A stretch of DNA of 64,000 nt from Antedon mediterranea (GCF_964355755.1 NC_092674.1:25358001-25422000), one strand, 5' to 3'. Shown: positions 38,472 through 53,078, counted from the first letter of the stretch. A program made the numbers and translations. Notes: generated by a model from the letters alone, not told the origin.

Positions 38472-41400
38472 TTATCTTGTGCACACAACGCATGATAACT
38501 CGTGGTTATCAACATATGGCGGACATTTGAGTGACCCACATTTTCCGACGGCAGGATAGATTACAAAGCCATTTTTATCCATTTTTGAATTATCCCTACT
38601 TTGAGGAGAGCCGTCGACGCAAAGGTATTCATGGGTGGCCTTGTGATGAGTACAACCACCCATTAATAAACCTTCGTACTCCTTGGTCCAGCCTTCAGGG
38701 CATGTACGTTTAGCTGGGATCATTATACTTGCTGATCGACCTTTTGCTAGACACACTGCGCAAGCTGGATCCGTGTCATGTACGTCATTCCACTGAGGGT
38801 ATTGATCGGACGCCGTTTGGTACTCAGCACCATACACTTCAGCCCTATGAGAGCCGTTCGCCACCATTCGCTCGTCGTATTCAGGTTTCTCGGGTAAACA
38901 CAGTGGGTTTGTACCTGCTCCAGTTTGCATAAAGTGCCCTCCTCCAAGATACCCTAAACATTATTATTCAAAACAGTAAAACAATAAACGTGGTAATCAT
39001 AATGTAAGGTGTAACAAAATTGTCGGTGCCCAAATCCGACGCAACCATACAATTCCGGCCTAGAAATAGAATCTGCTTTTCATGTTGTAGTTGAGTATTT
39101 TTAACAAGCCGACACTTGTTATTACTTGATAATAGAGACTTTACGAAACACGACGGGAAGCCACAGGACGGTGCGATCATGAATAATTTATGCATGAGCT
39201 TTAACAAAGTAGGCGGAGCTTAGTGTGAAATTCCGTCGTCTTAACTTTTTGAGGACGATAAAGTTGCCATTTTCCCGTTTACGGAGAACGAATTGAACAA
39301 ATATACATATAACCTTAAATATACAGTTCAAATTACACTTAAACGTTGAAAAAATATTTGAACTTAAAATTTAATTGTTTAACGAAATAACATTTTTATT
39401 GGGTTAAAATGGCTGTGTTAAAAGCAATACATTCTGCGAGGCGTTTGAATTCGATGTTCCTAGCTAGGAAGGCCTATGCTGTTCCACCAGAGCTAAGCGA
39501 TTCAGAAGGGCCCACGCCGCAAGACACGGGAGGGGGAGAGGGATACTGTCGGTCATCGTCTTCGCGCAAGGGCTCGTAACTAATAAAACGGCTATGTTGA
39601 CTGTATATGATTTTGCGCTCTAGCGAACACAAGATATATTCATCGTCCTCCCCTAACCGTCGTTAGTTAAAAGTCCTTTAAAGTGAGGTGGACCACCCAA
39701 GGTGAAATGCGCTGGTGACGTTCGGGAAGTTTAAAGGCAAGGAGAGAGGGAGGGGCGATGAAACCGAAAATAAGTATAAAGTGTAAATAAAAATAATGTT
39801 CAAAACAACATTTTATCACAAGTTTTATGTAAATTCATAATTTACATTTTGTTCAACCTTTTATATATACTGTACATATATAGGCCTAGTACTATGGGTT
39901 TGAATGGTGGATCTTATGAATAATAATGCTGTTTGTGATTTTAAAATTAATAACATTGATTTATTTTCACTTACCAACGTATACGATTTCTGAAGAATTT
40001 GGGGTGCAGTCCTTCCGACCCCAATGAGTATACTCAACATAATTGTTAAAGTTAGTTGTAAAAGCTGTAAATATTAAATTACATTATATTTATGACAGAT
40101 ATTCCTTCATATCATTACTCTTAAAGATATTATTGTCCCCCTCAAAAAATAATTCTTAACAAAATGTTTGTTGAATATCCCATTTTAATGCAACATAATA
40201 GTTATCCACTTTGACCAAAAATTTGATCGGGAAAAAAATGTATTTACTTGAAAAAAAAAATGTTTTAAAGCAATTTTTTTTTTTCTATTTGTTTTCTACT
40301 TATTTTAATTAGTCTTCCTTTTCATGTTTTTGGGGAAAATACATCTTTAGGGATGTAATTGTGAAATAGAAATATAACTGTAAACTTGTTACCAAATGTA
40401 ATGCGAAATTTGACCAACCACAATCTCGCCCCCACCCCCCAACCCAGTGTGAGAAAAACTAAACAGCTATTACGAGTTAGATGTGAACATCCACTCTGGG
40501 AAGAAGACATTCCTTGGATGTACCGTAACGTCGATATTGAAGAACTCTTCTTCTTTCACGGCTCAAATCTTAGTTACTTTAAACGCATTGGAACGATATA
40601 GAGTCATAATGTTATCCCATCAGATCCTACACAATACACTCTAGGGTAAGAGTTGAAAGACAGAATTTTTGCTGGATGGGTGAACTTGGTGGCCCACAGC
40701 CTCCATATCTGCTTCTGTAATAATTTACCTCCGCCAAGGAGGTATATGTAATCGATCGCGTGTGTTTGTTACTTGGCAAAAAAGAATTTTGCCAAGTAGA
40801 GTATTTACTTTGTTTGTATGTTTGTTTGTTACTTGGCAAAAAGAATTTTGCCAAGTATAGTATTTTTTGGTGTAGATAGGTATATATTTCAGACCATGCC
40901 TATTGAAAATCAACAAAATTGGTTTATTAATAACTTCACAAATAACAAAAATGATATTATTGTCAGACCGGCTAGTGTTAAAAGATAGGAGACCATTTTC
41001 AAAAGCTGGTGAGCAGTCTTAAAGTAACAAGTAATTTAACTGAAATTGTATTTTCTCGAGAACTACTTGTCCAAAAAATCTTATTTTTGGACAAGAGGCA
41101 ATGGCTATAATTTGTGATTTGTAATTTCAAAACATAAGTGATTTAATGTACCAGCTTTTTAATACGAGTAGTTTAAAAAAAGCTATTTCTTTTAAAATCC
41201 ACCCGTTTGTTTTTTGCGTTGCTGTTCCATTGTTAGTCAAAGGAGACTATTGTTAGTTGATAATTAGTTTTTTTAGTCATTTTTTTATTTCATTCTGTGC
41301 ATAGGTATATACTTACTGTCAGAACATGCCTATTGATATATTGGTCATGTCACAAAAGCTTATCTTCCATCGATATATTAAATAGCACCCGTATTATTTT

Positions 41401-43288
41401 AACATGAACATATTCTTTGACATGGACCAAAATATTAGTCGACTGGCAGGGGCACAGCAAATCGGCACAGCTTCAAGACACTCCTCGACCATTATTCTGG
41501 TCAATCTTGATTTTAAAAAGGTCATTTTTTGCAATGGCGGGATTGTTTATATTAAAAAATTATTTAAACAAAATTATTAACCCCAGCAGGATTTTAACAT
41601 GTAAAGCTAATACATAAAGCAAAAAAATGTATCTTTCAACATGCTCCCAATCAGTGGATATATTTTGCCAAGTACTTCACTCAGTTTCTGAGTGCTTTCA
41701 TTTGTTTGTTAGCACGGTAGCGCCTACAGTATTCAAGTTATCGTTCTGGATTTTTGGGTGTAGATAGGTATATACTTTCAGACCATGCCTATTGAAAATC
41801 AATAAAATTGGTTTATCAATAACTTCACAAATAACAAAAATTATATTATTTTCAGACCGGCTAGAAGTGTTAAAAGATAGGAGACAATTTTCAAAATCCG
41901 GTAAGAAGTCTTAAAGTAATACGTAAAATAAAATTACATTTTCTCGAGAACTACTTGTCCAAAAAAACTCATTTTGGACAAGAGGCAAGGGTTATAATTT
42001 GTGATTTGTAATCTTAAAACAATGTTTTAATGTACCGGCTTTTTCATATTATTATCTTCAGTACGATATATTAAATACCACGCATTCTGTCTTCTTTTAA
42101 CATGGACATATTCTTTGATATGGACCAAAATTAGTCGATTGGTCAAGAAGTTAAGCTTACTACATGGGTTAAGGCGGAGGCGCCGCAAATCGGCACAGCT
42201 TAAGACACTCCTCGATCATTATTCTGGTCAATCTTGATTTTAGAAAGGTCATTGTTGCAATGCCGGAATTGTTTGTATCAAGAAATTATGTAAACAAATT
42301 ATTAACCCCAGCAGGATTTTAACCATGTAAAGCTAATACATAAAGCAAAAAATGTATTGTTCGTGCTATTGTTAGTCAACTGAAAGGCTTGTTATATAAC
42401 CATTACACCAAACTCGCATACACATGCTCTGAGTGAAATTAGCCTAAATCAAACAGCATTAACACACACACAAACTTATATATATTTATATTTTCCCGGA
42501 GAAATCTTATGTAGGAGAATTTTACAGTAGGCGGAGGTATGCGCTCTCGGGTGGATTTCTAGTTGTGTAATAGTTTTGAGAAATTCTCATAACTTATTAA
42601 TGTTGTATTAGTTTAGAGCAAATCACGTCACATAACGTATCCACACTTAGAATTTTTAAGAGGTTATGAATTTCAGGCGTCCAAGTGATTGTAAAATAGG
42701 ATATTCTCAGTGTAGAAATGGTTGATGAGAATAACAAACAGCACGCGGTCTAAAACTCGATAACTAATTGAAAATGATATATTTTTTGTAATTATTAAGA
42801 GCAATGTCACAATTAGATAATTTTTATTGTCTAAAAAAAACAAAAATCAACACACAATACGCTTACCTTTGTCACCGAAAATGAAATTCCAGATTACTCC
42901 GCCATTGTTTTTAGAGGCCTTTATAATAATAATTATTACAAAATATTATGATTAGTTTAATTCTTCACCATCCATAAGATAATTAATTTCAAGTATACAT
43001 AAATTTGTCTTTTCAAAACTTTAATTAACGACTAACCGTGGCCTTATTACAAAGCTAAATCAAAACAAGAGTTTTCGGGCTAGAGCAAAACTATTATCAT
43101 CAGTGCAAGTTAGAGTACTTGGACAAAGTAGATAGTATAAATAGACAAGCGCTGCTTGAGTGGACTTGAATAATTATAATAAAAAAGAGTTAATAAAAAG
43201 TCTTAATCTTGATTAAAGTTCTTACCTTGGCTTCGGTTAGCAAAATCAGGCAATACCAAAAAATGACGGTACCTTTGAAGATCTTCAT
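38472..43288 (-). CDS. Gene B copy 3, intact; exons 43226-43288, 42867-42918, 39975-40064, 38472-38953
   Basis: Same structure as copy 1 with few substitutions (D>G in exon 2, A>V in exon 3). Confidence 0.9.
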
Positions 43289-46200
43289 TTTCTTGTTGGT
43301 TCTTGGTTTGTACACCTTTAAAGCTGATGTAATGAAAATGTAAAACGTATTCTGTTTTTATAGGCCTACTAACAGCAGGTGCGCGGTCAGTAATTGGTGC
43401 TAGGTGTTGCAAAATAAATAAAATCATATTTCTAATAATATTGAAAATTAGTGTTCAAATAATATTTCTAATTAAAAACTAATCTGATTTAGTTATTGAA
43501 TACAAAAATGTGTACTGTTCCAGTTACATAATATAGTGTGTGTTTTGAAAGCTGGCCAAATTTCGTTTTTCCTCGAATATTTACTATTCAAAATAACAAA
43601 TCTAAAAATTTCACTCTAATTGGTTGAGTATTACTTTCCCGGAATTACTAGGGTCTAGGTTACTCGTAGTTCTTTTTCTGTTGGTACTCTTTTTGATATT
43701 CGTCGATGCAGAACAGAATCTTCTTTTCAATCATAATAATATATCCCACTTGTCACCAGAATCTGGAATAACTTACCCGGTGAAATTCGCAACAAGATAT
43801 TTCTGTTAGTTAGTTAAACTATCTCAGTACTTATTTTTTTTAATAGTTTTGATGTTGAAAATGTGTGTCACCTTTTTGGAAGATGCTTTAATTGTAAAAT
43901 GTAATTTTTTTGTGCTCTTTTCTGGGTTGACCAACTAGCATAGATGTTTAGCACCTGTTTGGTCTTTCCTTGCCGTTTATATTTTGTTTTTTTTTTCTAT
44001 GTATGGCAGAAACTGAATAAAATAAAAAAATTAATAAAATATTTGGGAACATCACTACCATGGGTACATCACACTTGTTTGTCAAACTAGTTTGATAGTG
44101 TATTAGACGGAGCTTTATAAGCTTAAAATTTTTTTCTTCACAGTGATATAATATATATATAAACGGTAATTAAGTAATGTTCATACCATTAATGTCTCAT
44201 TAAATAATACCGTATGATTTACATCGCAGACGTTTGTACTAATTCAGTAACAAGTGATGATTTGAATTGATAAAGTTTTGCATAAGAAGCATCTAAAATG
44301 TTTTAAATAAGCGTGTTTCCACCTGAAATTTCATCAGAACAGAAATTACATAGGATACATAATCACAAAAATGTGATTGAAACATTATAAAAATCTTAAA
44401 ATGTAAAAAAAAACACAAAAAAATGTATTAATAAAATATGTATTTTCTAAAATGGTGTCGCTCTGCTCTTTGTATGATTTTTTGAAGGGTTGATTACAGT
44501 ATGTCAAACCTTTTCTGACTAAGGTTATACCACATCAGATTAACTAGGGAACATTTCACTCATCCCTGTACCAAAGATTGTATAGCGCCGCTATACAATC
44601 TTTGCTTTAACCTTGTTATTTTATTATCTGTAGGCTACTCAAAGTAACCAGTTTGTTCAAAAACACATTGCTTTCTTCTGTGATGTTTAGATCACCCGGT
44701 TTCTAGGTACTGTATGTTGTGAATAAACAGTAATTAAAATGTGAATAATTGTAATGATCATGGCATCTGTGATACCGCGAAAACTGCCAAAGTGGCTATG
44801 GATGAATGCAAATTCCAATGAGGCCTTTTTAACTGTTTGCATGTCAGTGTACTGTTATTGAACTGATATAGCCTTAGTTTATTTTGAATATACAAACGAC
44901 TGAACAACCACAACAAATTACCGTAAAACCTCGAAAAGAAGCCCGTTTTTTTATTGCTCTTGGGTGGGCTTCTTTTCGAGATGGGCTTCTTTTCGAAAGT
45001 ACTTTTGCAAACTGTAGAGGGGGCTTCTTTTCGGAATGAATGCTGTAAATTTTGTGAATTTCTACTACAAACTATAATATGACTTGAGACATTTTTTCAA
45101 CCATGAAATTATGTTTAATATACCAATTAAAAAACAATATAAAAAGCAAAAAACAGTCCTATGATTCACCGTCAAATACACTCATTTCGTTATCATCGTC
45201 ATAAATGTATGATAAACACGATCATACATATTAATTATTATCATCAGTCTTCATCACAAGTATCTGGCATTAAATTATCCTACTACAGTAACTCTTAATG
45301 TTTGTATTGTTTATTTCTGTTCCTTTGACTCAGTTGAACCTATATTGTAGTCTATCTCGAAAAGAAGCCCATACTATCTTGAAAAGAAGCCCAGGGGCTT
45401 CATTTCGAGATGGGCTTCTATTCGAGAGTACTTTTGCAAACTGTAGAGGGGGGCTTCTTTTCGAGATGGGCTTCTTTTCGAGGTTAAGCCCATGGGCTTC
45501 TTTTCGAGGTTTTACGGTATACGAATAATGAACGAATAATTAATGTTTCTCTGAAAGGCTTACTTGCGAAAAGTAGGTAAGTGGGGCCGTTTTACAGCGG
45601 TCTTTAATTGGAGAGAGTCTTTAACTTGATAAAGACACTGTATTTGGGAATATCACTACCATATTTGGGTACATCACACTTTTTTGTCAAACTAGTTTGA
45701 TAGAGTAGACGGAGCTTTATAAGCTTAGAATTTTGTTTTCTTCATAGTGATACTGAGTTTTTTTCTAAACGGTAATTATGTAATTGCCATACCATAATGT
45801 CTCATTAAATAAAACCGTAGTTCACCCGGTTTCTAGGTACTGTATGTTGTGAATAAACACAATAATTAAAATTTGAATAATTGTAATGATCGTGGCATCT
45901 GTGATACCGCGAAAACTGCCAAGGTAGGTAAGCGGGGCCGCGGTACAGTGGTCTTTTATGGGAGGGAGTCTTTAACTTGAGGGAGACAATTTATTTTTAG
46001 TCGTGTGCAACGCAACATATGTCGGTCTGTTGGTCGGTCGGTCAGTAAACACTAATTCAAATTTGAGCACGCGACTGCAGCCATGTACAGTATATGGCCT
46101 TGTTTAAGCACGTGAAAGAAAACAAAGTCAAGTGGATAGAATGAATGCAAATACAAATGATGCCTTTTAAACTTTCCGCGTGCCAATATTTATTGAACTT

Positions 46201-46477
46201 ATATAACCCTAAATTATTTTAAATATTCAAACTTCTGAACAACCACAACAAATTTAAGAAATATTATTGGTTTATTATTTCAACCAATATTTACTTTTGT
46301 ACCAAAATAACATGCATCATATTTTTAGGCCAAATTGCAAGAATCGCAACCCTAGTAATGGTGCCGATTCCGTGAAAGTAATTTTTTTAGATTTATTTTG
46401 AATAGTAAATATTCGAGGAAAACTAAAATTTGGCCACCTTTCAAAACACACACTATATTATGTAACTGGAAAAGTAC

Positions 46478-48116
46478 CTGGGGCGGATCCAGAGGGGGGG
46501 GGGGGGGTCCACGGGGTCCGGACCCCCCCTAAATTTTAAGGGTGCCCTTTTTTTAGAGGTTCAATATTTTATTCGTGTGACATATTTGTGTGTATATTAG
46601 TATGCACAGAGTAAGCTACACTAACCCCAAAAATAAAAACAGAAATTTATCACAATGAGCGCGATGTTAAGTTACGGCGGCCGATCAAAGAGCATTGTGA
46701 GAGGTGGTGACGCGTGATGATCTCTACTTAAACTTCTAAAAATAGATCGTTTCGCATACTACAGAGGGCGCATGTAAACTTTTTACGATTCAACTCCGCG
46801 TACGTTACCATGCGTGCTCTGTCATTGACGCGATTATTTGTCCATTGGTAAACACATTTTTATGTATTATTATTCTGAAAATAATTGAACTGTAAACATA
46901 ATTCTTTTGAGTATTTGTTTATTTACATATCATTCCATCAGATCAACTATTTTTTATTTCCATTACATCCAACCAAACATGTAAAAAATGTAGTTAAAAT
47001 ATCGTACTATCTACCGCGTACGACCATACGCGGTAGATTGTTTACTCAAAAATCATCGAACGGTCCTTACACTATACTATTCAACCTTGTTTTTGTAGTT
47101 GAGCCTCTCATGACCTGGGATTTGTTTGTCTTCCTACGCCAAGATAATATAGTTTTACAAGCCATGTGCTTTTTTCTCTGAGAAATATTTATTATAAGTG
47201 CCAAAAAAATGTTTTTTTCTCGATATGAAGCCTTTATTATTCAAATCTTTTAAAGAAAAATCACACATACCATAAAGAAGGATCATTTATTTCATTTTTG
47301 AAACAATATTTGTGAAAATTACGTGAGGCTCAATTATCGTAAGCCAATCAAAGCTGAGCTTTCCCGCGATCGGCAGAGCTCACGGTTGACTGATTTTGGA
47401 TTCTGGCTATTTTGGATTGGTGGACGCGAATCACCCACAGCGGAATGTTTTCTCTCGCGTGTACCAAGAAGTCACGTGATCTCTCTGTACTGAACGGTAC
47501 ACTACACAAATTTAGAGCAATGAATTTGTACGAATTCCGTTAAATCATAGAGATATTATATAATATCTCTATGGTTAAATAAACAACTCTATATATTTTA
47601 TAAACATTTAATAACATATTTTATTGATATTTCCAATGTTGATATATAAAAGAAATTACTATTAAACGTAATTATATGTAATTATTTTAGCGAAAAATGG
47701 CGCAATTTGTTTACAACGTTCGTGGCTAAAAACGATCATTTTCGGCAATGTTTTAGACCCTATATTTCGAAAACTACAAGTCAGATTTTCGTAATTCTTT
47801 CTTTATTGGAATATTGAAACAAAATACCAACAGATAATGTTTAAATTGGTTGAAAAATAACAACTTTTAATTTTGCATCGTTATCCCTGCTAATAAAGTG
47901 TCATTTCCGGCGAACTAGAAAGGTGCCATTTATCATGAATTTTGCGTGCGAGAGTGCCATTTCCGGCCATCTAAGTGTGTCCTGTAACAAAATTCGCTTC
48001 GCCACAACCCCCACCATGGGGGGGGGGGGGCTGTGGCTCAAATACTCAATATCTGATGTGCCCTTTTTATCGGCGGACCCCCCCCCCCCTCTCAAAAATG
48101 TCTGGATCCGCCCCAG
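46478..48116. mobile_element. Non-autonomous hAT-like DNA transposon with 5-bp TSD
   Basis: TIR CTGGGGCGGATCCAGA / TCTGGATCCGCCCCAG; TSD AGTAC; single AGTAC in units 1-3. Confidence 0.85.
47546..47573. repeat. 28-bp perfect palindrome between 7-bp direct repeats (candidate P-element footprint)
   Basis: GTTAAAT-CATAGAGATATTAT|ATAATATCTCTATG-GTTAAAT. Confidence 0.7.
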
Positions 48117-49775
48117 AGTACACATTTTCGTATTCAATAACAAAACTAAATCAGATACATTTTAATTATAAATATTAGAGTAGGCCTATTCAAACTTCTA
48201 ACAAATCAGAAAAAACAAATTTGTGCGTGTATAGGTGTATTAATTCAACCGGTATTAACTTTTGTATCAAAATAACATGCATCATTATTTTTGGGCCAAA
48301 TTCCAAGAACGACGACCCTAGTAATGGCGCCGATTCCGAGAAAGTAATACACAACCAATTAGAGTGAAATTTTAGATTTTATTTAAATAGTAAATATTTG
48401 AGGAAATCAAACATTTGGAATTGGAATTATGGCACAAAGGTGCATGAACCATGTTTTATCTGCCACGTTTCTAAACAAATATTCAAAGTATTCAATAACA
48501 AAACTCAGATACGTTTTAATTATAAATGTTAGAGTAGTATATAAGTAGTATTAGTTTCAATATAATTATATTCGACAGGCTATACAGGGCCTTCAGTATA
48601 CTTGTTTCTTTCTTAAGCGTGGTTCCCACTAGAACGCAACGCAACGTAAAGCAGCGACGTATCGACGCAAAGTGTTGTATTGCGTAATCACAAGTGGGAA
48701 CTGACATGCAACAGTGCTGGAAACATCGCAGGTTTGATTTCACGCAGGCGGGGGCAAAGACAATTATTGGAAGGGAATTTTCTTACGTTGCGTAGGTTGC
48801 GTTACGTTGCGTAACAATGAAAAGACGTCGTCGATAATGAGGTGGTGCACACATTTGAGAGAGAGATAACGTATACTGTAGGCATAAAATTGACCATGTG
48901 TATCATACTTTTACCTTTTTATTACTTATTGGTAATTGTCCGCCAATCAATATAAACACTGTGTTTCTTCTTACTCCATTGGTCATCCCATTCCGAAATT
49001 TTGAAGCAATAAGAAAAATGGCCTATGCTCAAGACAGTTGTTATGGGCACAATAAATTAAAATACGATGAAAGTTCTTTCTAAATTGGTCAACTTTATTA
49101 ATGCCATAGCTTGAGCGCCTTTCACCGATCGAGCAACTTTCTATGAGAAGAAGAAGTCGTGTCACATAAGAATATAATAAACGGCTCTGATTGTTAAGCT
49201 TTGGTTCCCACTAGGGCGTACCGCGTAATTTTACCAATCACAAGCTATGGATAATCCAAACTGATGCTTGTCATGGTCAACTCGCTTGCGTTGTCTAGTG
49301 GGAACCAAGCTTTAGCGCTATCTGCCATTCATTTTAATACTGCACGCCTTTATATTGGGACCGGTAGTGATATTTATTTCCGTACACAAGTCCTCGTCAT
49401 GAAACATCACAAAATAAACATGAATATTCATTAGTCATATCCATATCCAAGGTGTGATGTAAGAATTGAGCTAACTACAATTCGCTAATGCGAACAATGC
49501 TTTCTGTTGAGCCGTCTGTTTTTGTCCAATCGATTAGACAAATCCCATGAGCAACTTATTTTTACTTTATGGTGATAATAGTGAGAGAGATTATTTAGAG
49601 GGTTAGGTTTTAGTTATATTTAGGAAGTAGTTCGGCTATCTTTCACATAAGTGGTCCCCAACTTATGTACGAAAAAAAAATCGCGACCCCGTAATCCAAC
49701 TGTGTTTCACGTACAGTAAGCCTTATGCGAAATTTTGTAACTAGACTGGAGAGATTTGAATGAAACCTAGCCACA

Positions 49776-51500
49776 ATGACCCTAACTCATGATTTTGTTT
49801 TCACGAAACAGTATGCTAAGACAGTACCGAAACCATCAGTAAAATCAAGCATTTCGAGAAGAAACGTAACTGATGTTTCCCATGAAGATGAGAGTGTTTG
49901 GCCATTTTCAACGAATGGAAACATGTCGAAGAAATTTTTCCATATTCCCGTACAACGGTTGTAGCAGTGAAAGACGGTATCAAGGTATATGCATGTACAT
50001 ACAACTGATTTCGAAAAAAGTAAAACGCAATGGCTGATGTAAATCGGAATTTGAATCATAATATAAACTTGTTGTATATATAGCATGATAATTTAAATTT
50101 TCCAGATCAAGGTTATCGCCTGTAATGTTATCTGGTAATCGTTACAAACAGTATCAAAGACCTAGTCCAGGATTCGCTGTAGCACCACGTCTGCGTCTGC
50201 CAAAGAAACCAGTACCACAACCTAAAGGAGCCAGGTCAATGCCTGGCTCTTCAATTATTCGTTATAACAGACAGCGAGGTGGTCACCCACAGTTAAAGCC
50301 CCATTCCCTACGTTTTTTAGATCTATTTTAAGATCACAAACTATATTTAATGTAAAAATAATACTATATGGTCCTATTGCGATAACTTTTTTCGTCTTTA
50401 AACGGTTAAAAATGTGAAAAATAAATCGATTCTAATAATTATAGAGGCCCGCTATAAATCCCAAAATGCATTGCGCGCGGATTGATATTTTTGTTTTTCA
50501 CCTGTAATTCGCCCACTTTTCGATCGATCGTGAAGCCAAAACAAATGGAAGACTCCTAACTTTTCAGCGAAAATACCGGGTTTTCCCTAATTTGTATCAA
50601 CGGAGTCAGGCAAAAATAGAAAGACAATTAATGCAGCAACTATACAACGTCAGGCTAGGTATATAGCTAGCGTACGATGTTCGTACGTTATCGATGTTTA
50701 CCAGCTAGGCCTACAAAACTAAGCCTAGCTAGGCTAGGCCTAAGACCGTCCACGAGAGGTCGATCGCCGCGAGCTACTTAGGTAGTGCATTGTTTCTCAC
50801 TTTTTATCATAATTTACCATAAAACGTAAATTTAAGACAAGGAATGACATGGTTTAATGTTTTTAAAGTGATATATATGTATTATTTTCCAAAAAACGTC
50901 CAAAATTGCAGGGAAGGGGTCTTTAAGGTGAGTTTCAGTACAAGCATGTACCTTTAACTGTCATGAAACACGTATAGAACGCCGTTACTTCCTTCTTCGG
51001 CTCTTTTACCATTACGTTCGGCACTTTCACCATTTCATACGGCTCTGGTAAAAGAGCCGTATAAAATGATGAAAGAGCCAAATGGTAAAGGGCCGAATGG
51101 TAAACGAGCCGAATAAGGCAGTAACGGCGTTCCATAGACACGTCTGAGACTGCAGATGACCAATAAGCATAAACACAATGTCTAAAATAAAATCATTGGT
51201 CGTCGAAAAAACAATAAAAATGCATAATTACAACCTGTTTAGTTACCATAGGCATAATATTAAAAGGATGCTGATCAGTATTATCTTTATTTAAACAGCC
51301 GGTCACTGCCAACTCCAACAATCACGACGCCCAGGTCACATTGTAGAACTAGTACAAACTCTTCTGATGCCTTCCAAGAAGGCAGGCTTCAAAGTCGATT
51401 ACCCGCTCGGCGCGAAAGACTTTTGTCAGCAAGGGAACCCCACAACGAAGGTCCAAGGATAGTATATACTTTTGGAAATATGCAAGTGTATGAAGACTGA
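49776..51500 (+). pseudogene. Gene A copy 4, inactivated
   Basis: +1 frameshift at ~49930 leading to TAG at 49962-49964; 22-bp deletion at ~50110; MITE at the exon 2 end. Confidence 0.75.
50297..50922. mobile_element. Kolobok-like MITE (TTAA TSD, AG...CT termini)
   Basis: TTAA-AGCCCCATTCCCT ... AGGGAAGGGGTCT-TTAA; single TTAA in units 2 and 3. Confidence 0.85.
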
Positions 51501-52215
51501 AGGCCATTTATAAGTAATTAATATTATTATAATGTAGATATATTTTTAAAATCTTAGCCTTTAAACCGCCATGGAAGGACCGAGAGCCTTCCAATATCAT
51601 TCGTGCAATATAATAGGATAGGCTTAAGTTAGAAAAAAAATACAACTTATAACCACAATAATTCCCCTGTCGTAATCAGCTCCACAGTCGAGACCGAAGC
51701 CAATTAAACGTGCTATAAGCCTAAACAAAAATCATGTTTTGATGAAAAAATGATTCATATTGAAAAAAATAAACCCATTCAACCTATTCAATATCTATTA
51801 AAGCGGAAGTAAATAATATAAATAATAAATTAAAGCTATAATAAAGATGATAATATATTGAAAGCAATTAGAGGCCATGGTAGGGCAAATACATTGTGTA
51901 GAAAATCGACGAATCTGGATTCAAATAATATATAGACTAAATGCAAGGAATGTTTGGGGGAAAAAAATGATCGATACTGGAAACCGGTTTACAGTAGTTT
52001 ATAGTATAAACACATAACCATGTGCATTAATAGAGATAGTCTATGCAGTTTATATCAACGTAAGAACAGACGGCTGGATTAAAAAACAACCAAGACGTTT
52101 CTTATGGAGACTAACCATTCAAAATTTCAAACCGTAGTAAAATCACGAGACAGAGCTGCTCAGTCTTAAATGTAAGTATACTTGTTTTAGAGAAACTGTT
52201 ATTTATTATGATGTA

Positions 52216-52378
52216 ATAATAATAATAAATGAATATTTATATAGCGCCGGTATCCTCCACCCATGTGGCGCTCATGGCGCTTTGTGCATTAACAACGTGC
52301 GAGAACATCAGCGAATAGCGACGTCTTTAGGTTGGTCTTGAAACTGTTTAGACTAGTTGAGCATTTAACTGTTGCTGG
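52216..52378 (-). mobile_element. Short L2-type LINE 3' fragment
   Basis: Encodes SLNSFKTNLKTSLF, then GCGCTATATAAAT and an (ATT)n tail; unique to unit 4. Confidence 0.8.
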
Positions 52379-53078
52379 TACTGTATCTAAGTTTATTCAG
52401 GTTTCCGTGACAATCCAGCACTTAGTAAAGTGATAGTGGGATGTATTTTAAGGCATCTATTTATATTCGGTCGTCATCGAAATTGTTCAACCCAAAAATA
52501 CAGTATGGTAGTTTGTTCCATTTTAAGCAACGGTGTATGGAACGCGAGAAGTGCAATAAATGATTATTTGTTTTCTTCAGGTAGTCGTTGTTAGCGTAAC
52601 AATAATGGTATATAGAACGCGAAAAATGCAGTAGAACGATTATTTGATATTTTCTGTACTCGCTGTTGATAGTCATTTAGTTCATTATTTTGTTGTTACA
52701 GGCCACTATGCTTATGTGTATTTGTTCTGAATTATGGTATAATAACAGTATGTGATTAATAATATTTAATTGAAGTTGTATTATTTTATTGTTCAAAATA
52801 CATCAATAACTAACTCGTGAGGCCATTTCAGTTTCAGAGGAACTTATTTTTATTTCGCCAACTATACGCTAAAGCTTGTTACACAAAGCAATAGCATCAT
52901 CTACCGTATATTTTGAATAATGAATATCATTTGTTAAGAAAAATGTATCCAGTATAGCTTGTTACACAAAGCAATAACATCATCTAACGTATATTTTGAA
53001 TAATGAATATCATTTTTTAAGAAAAATGTATGCAGTATAGGCCTAATTATAGCCTCAAAATCATAAGAAGATAGTATC

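Larger units (their letters stand above)
30683..44486. repeat. Tandem duplication unit 3 (with Merlin-like MITE and LINE insertions)
   Basis: Colinear with unit 2 apart from insertions at 35465, 37447 and a longer Helentron. Confidence 0.95.

Noticed and set aside
46494-46510. Poly-G runs as functional G-quadruplexes
   Set aside because: Subterminal features of transposons, with variable homopolymer lengths.
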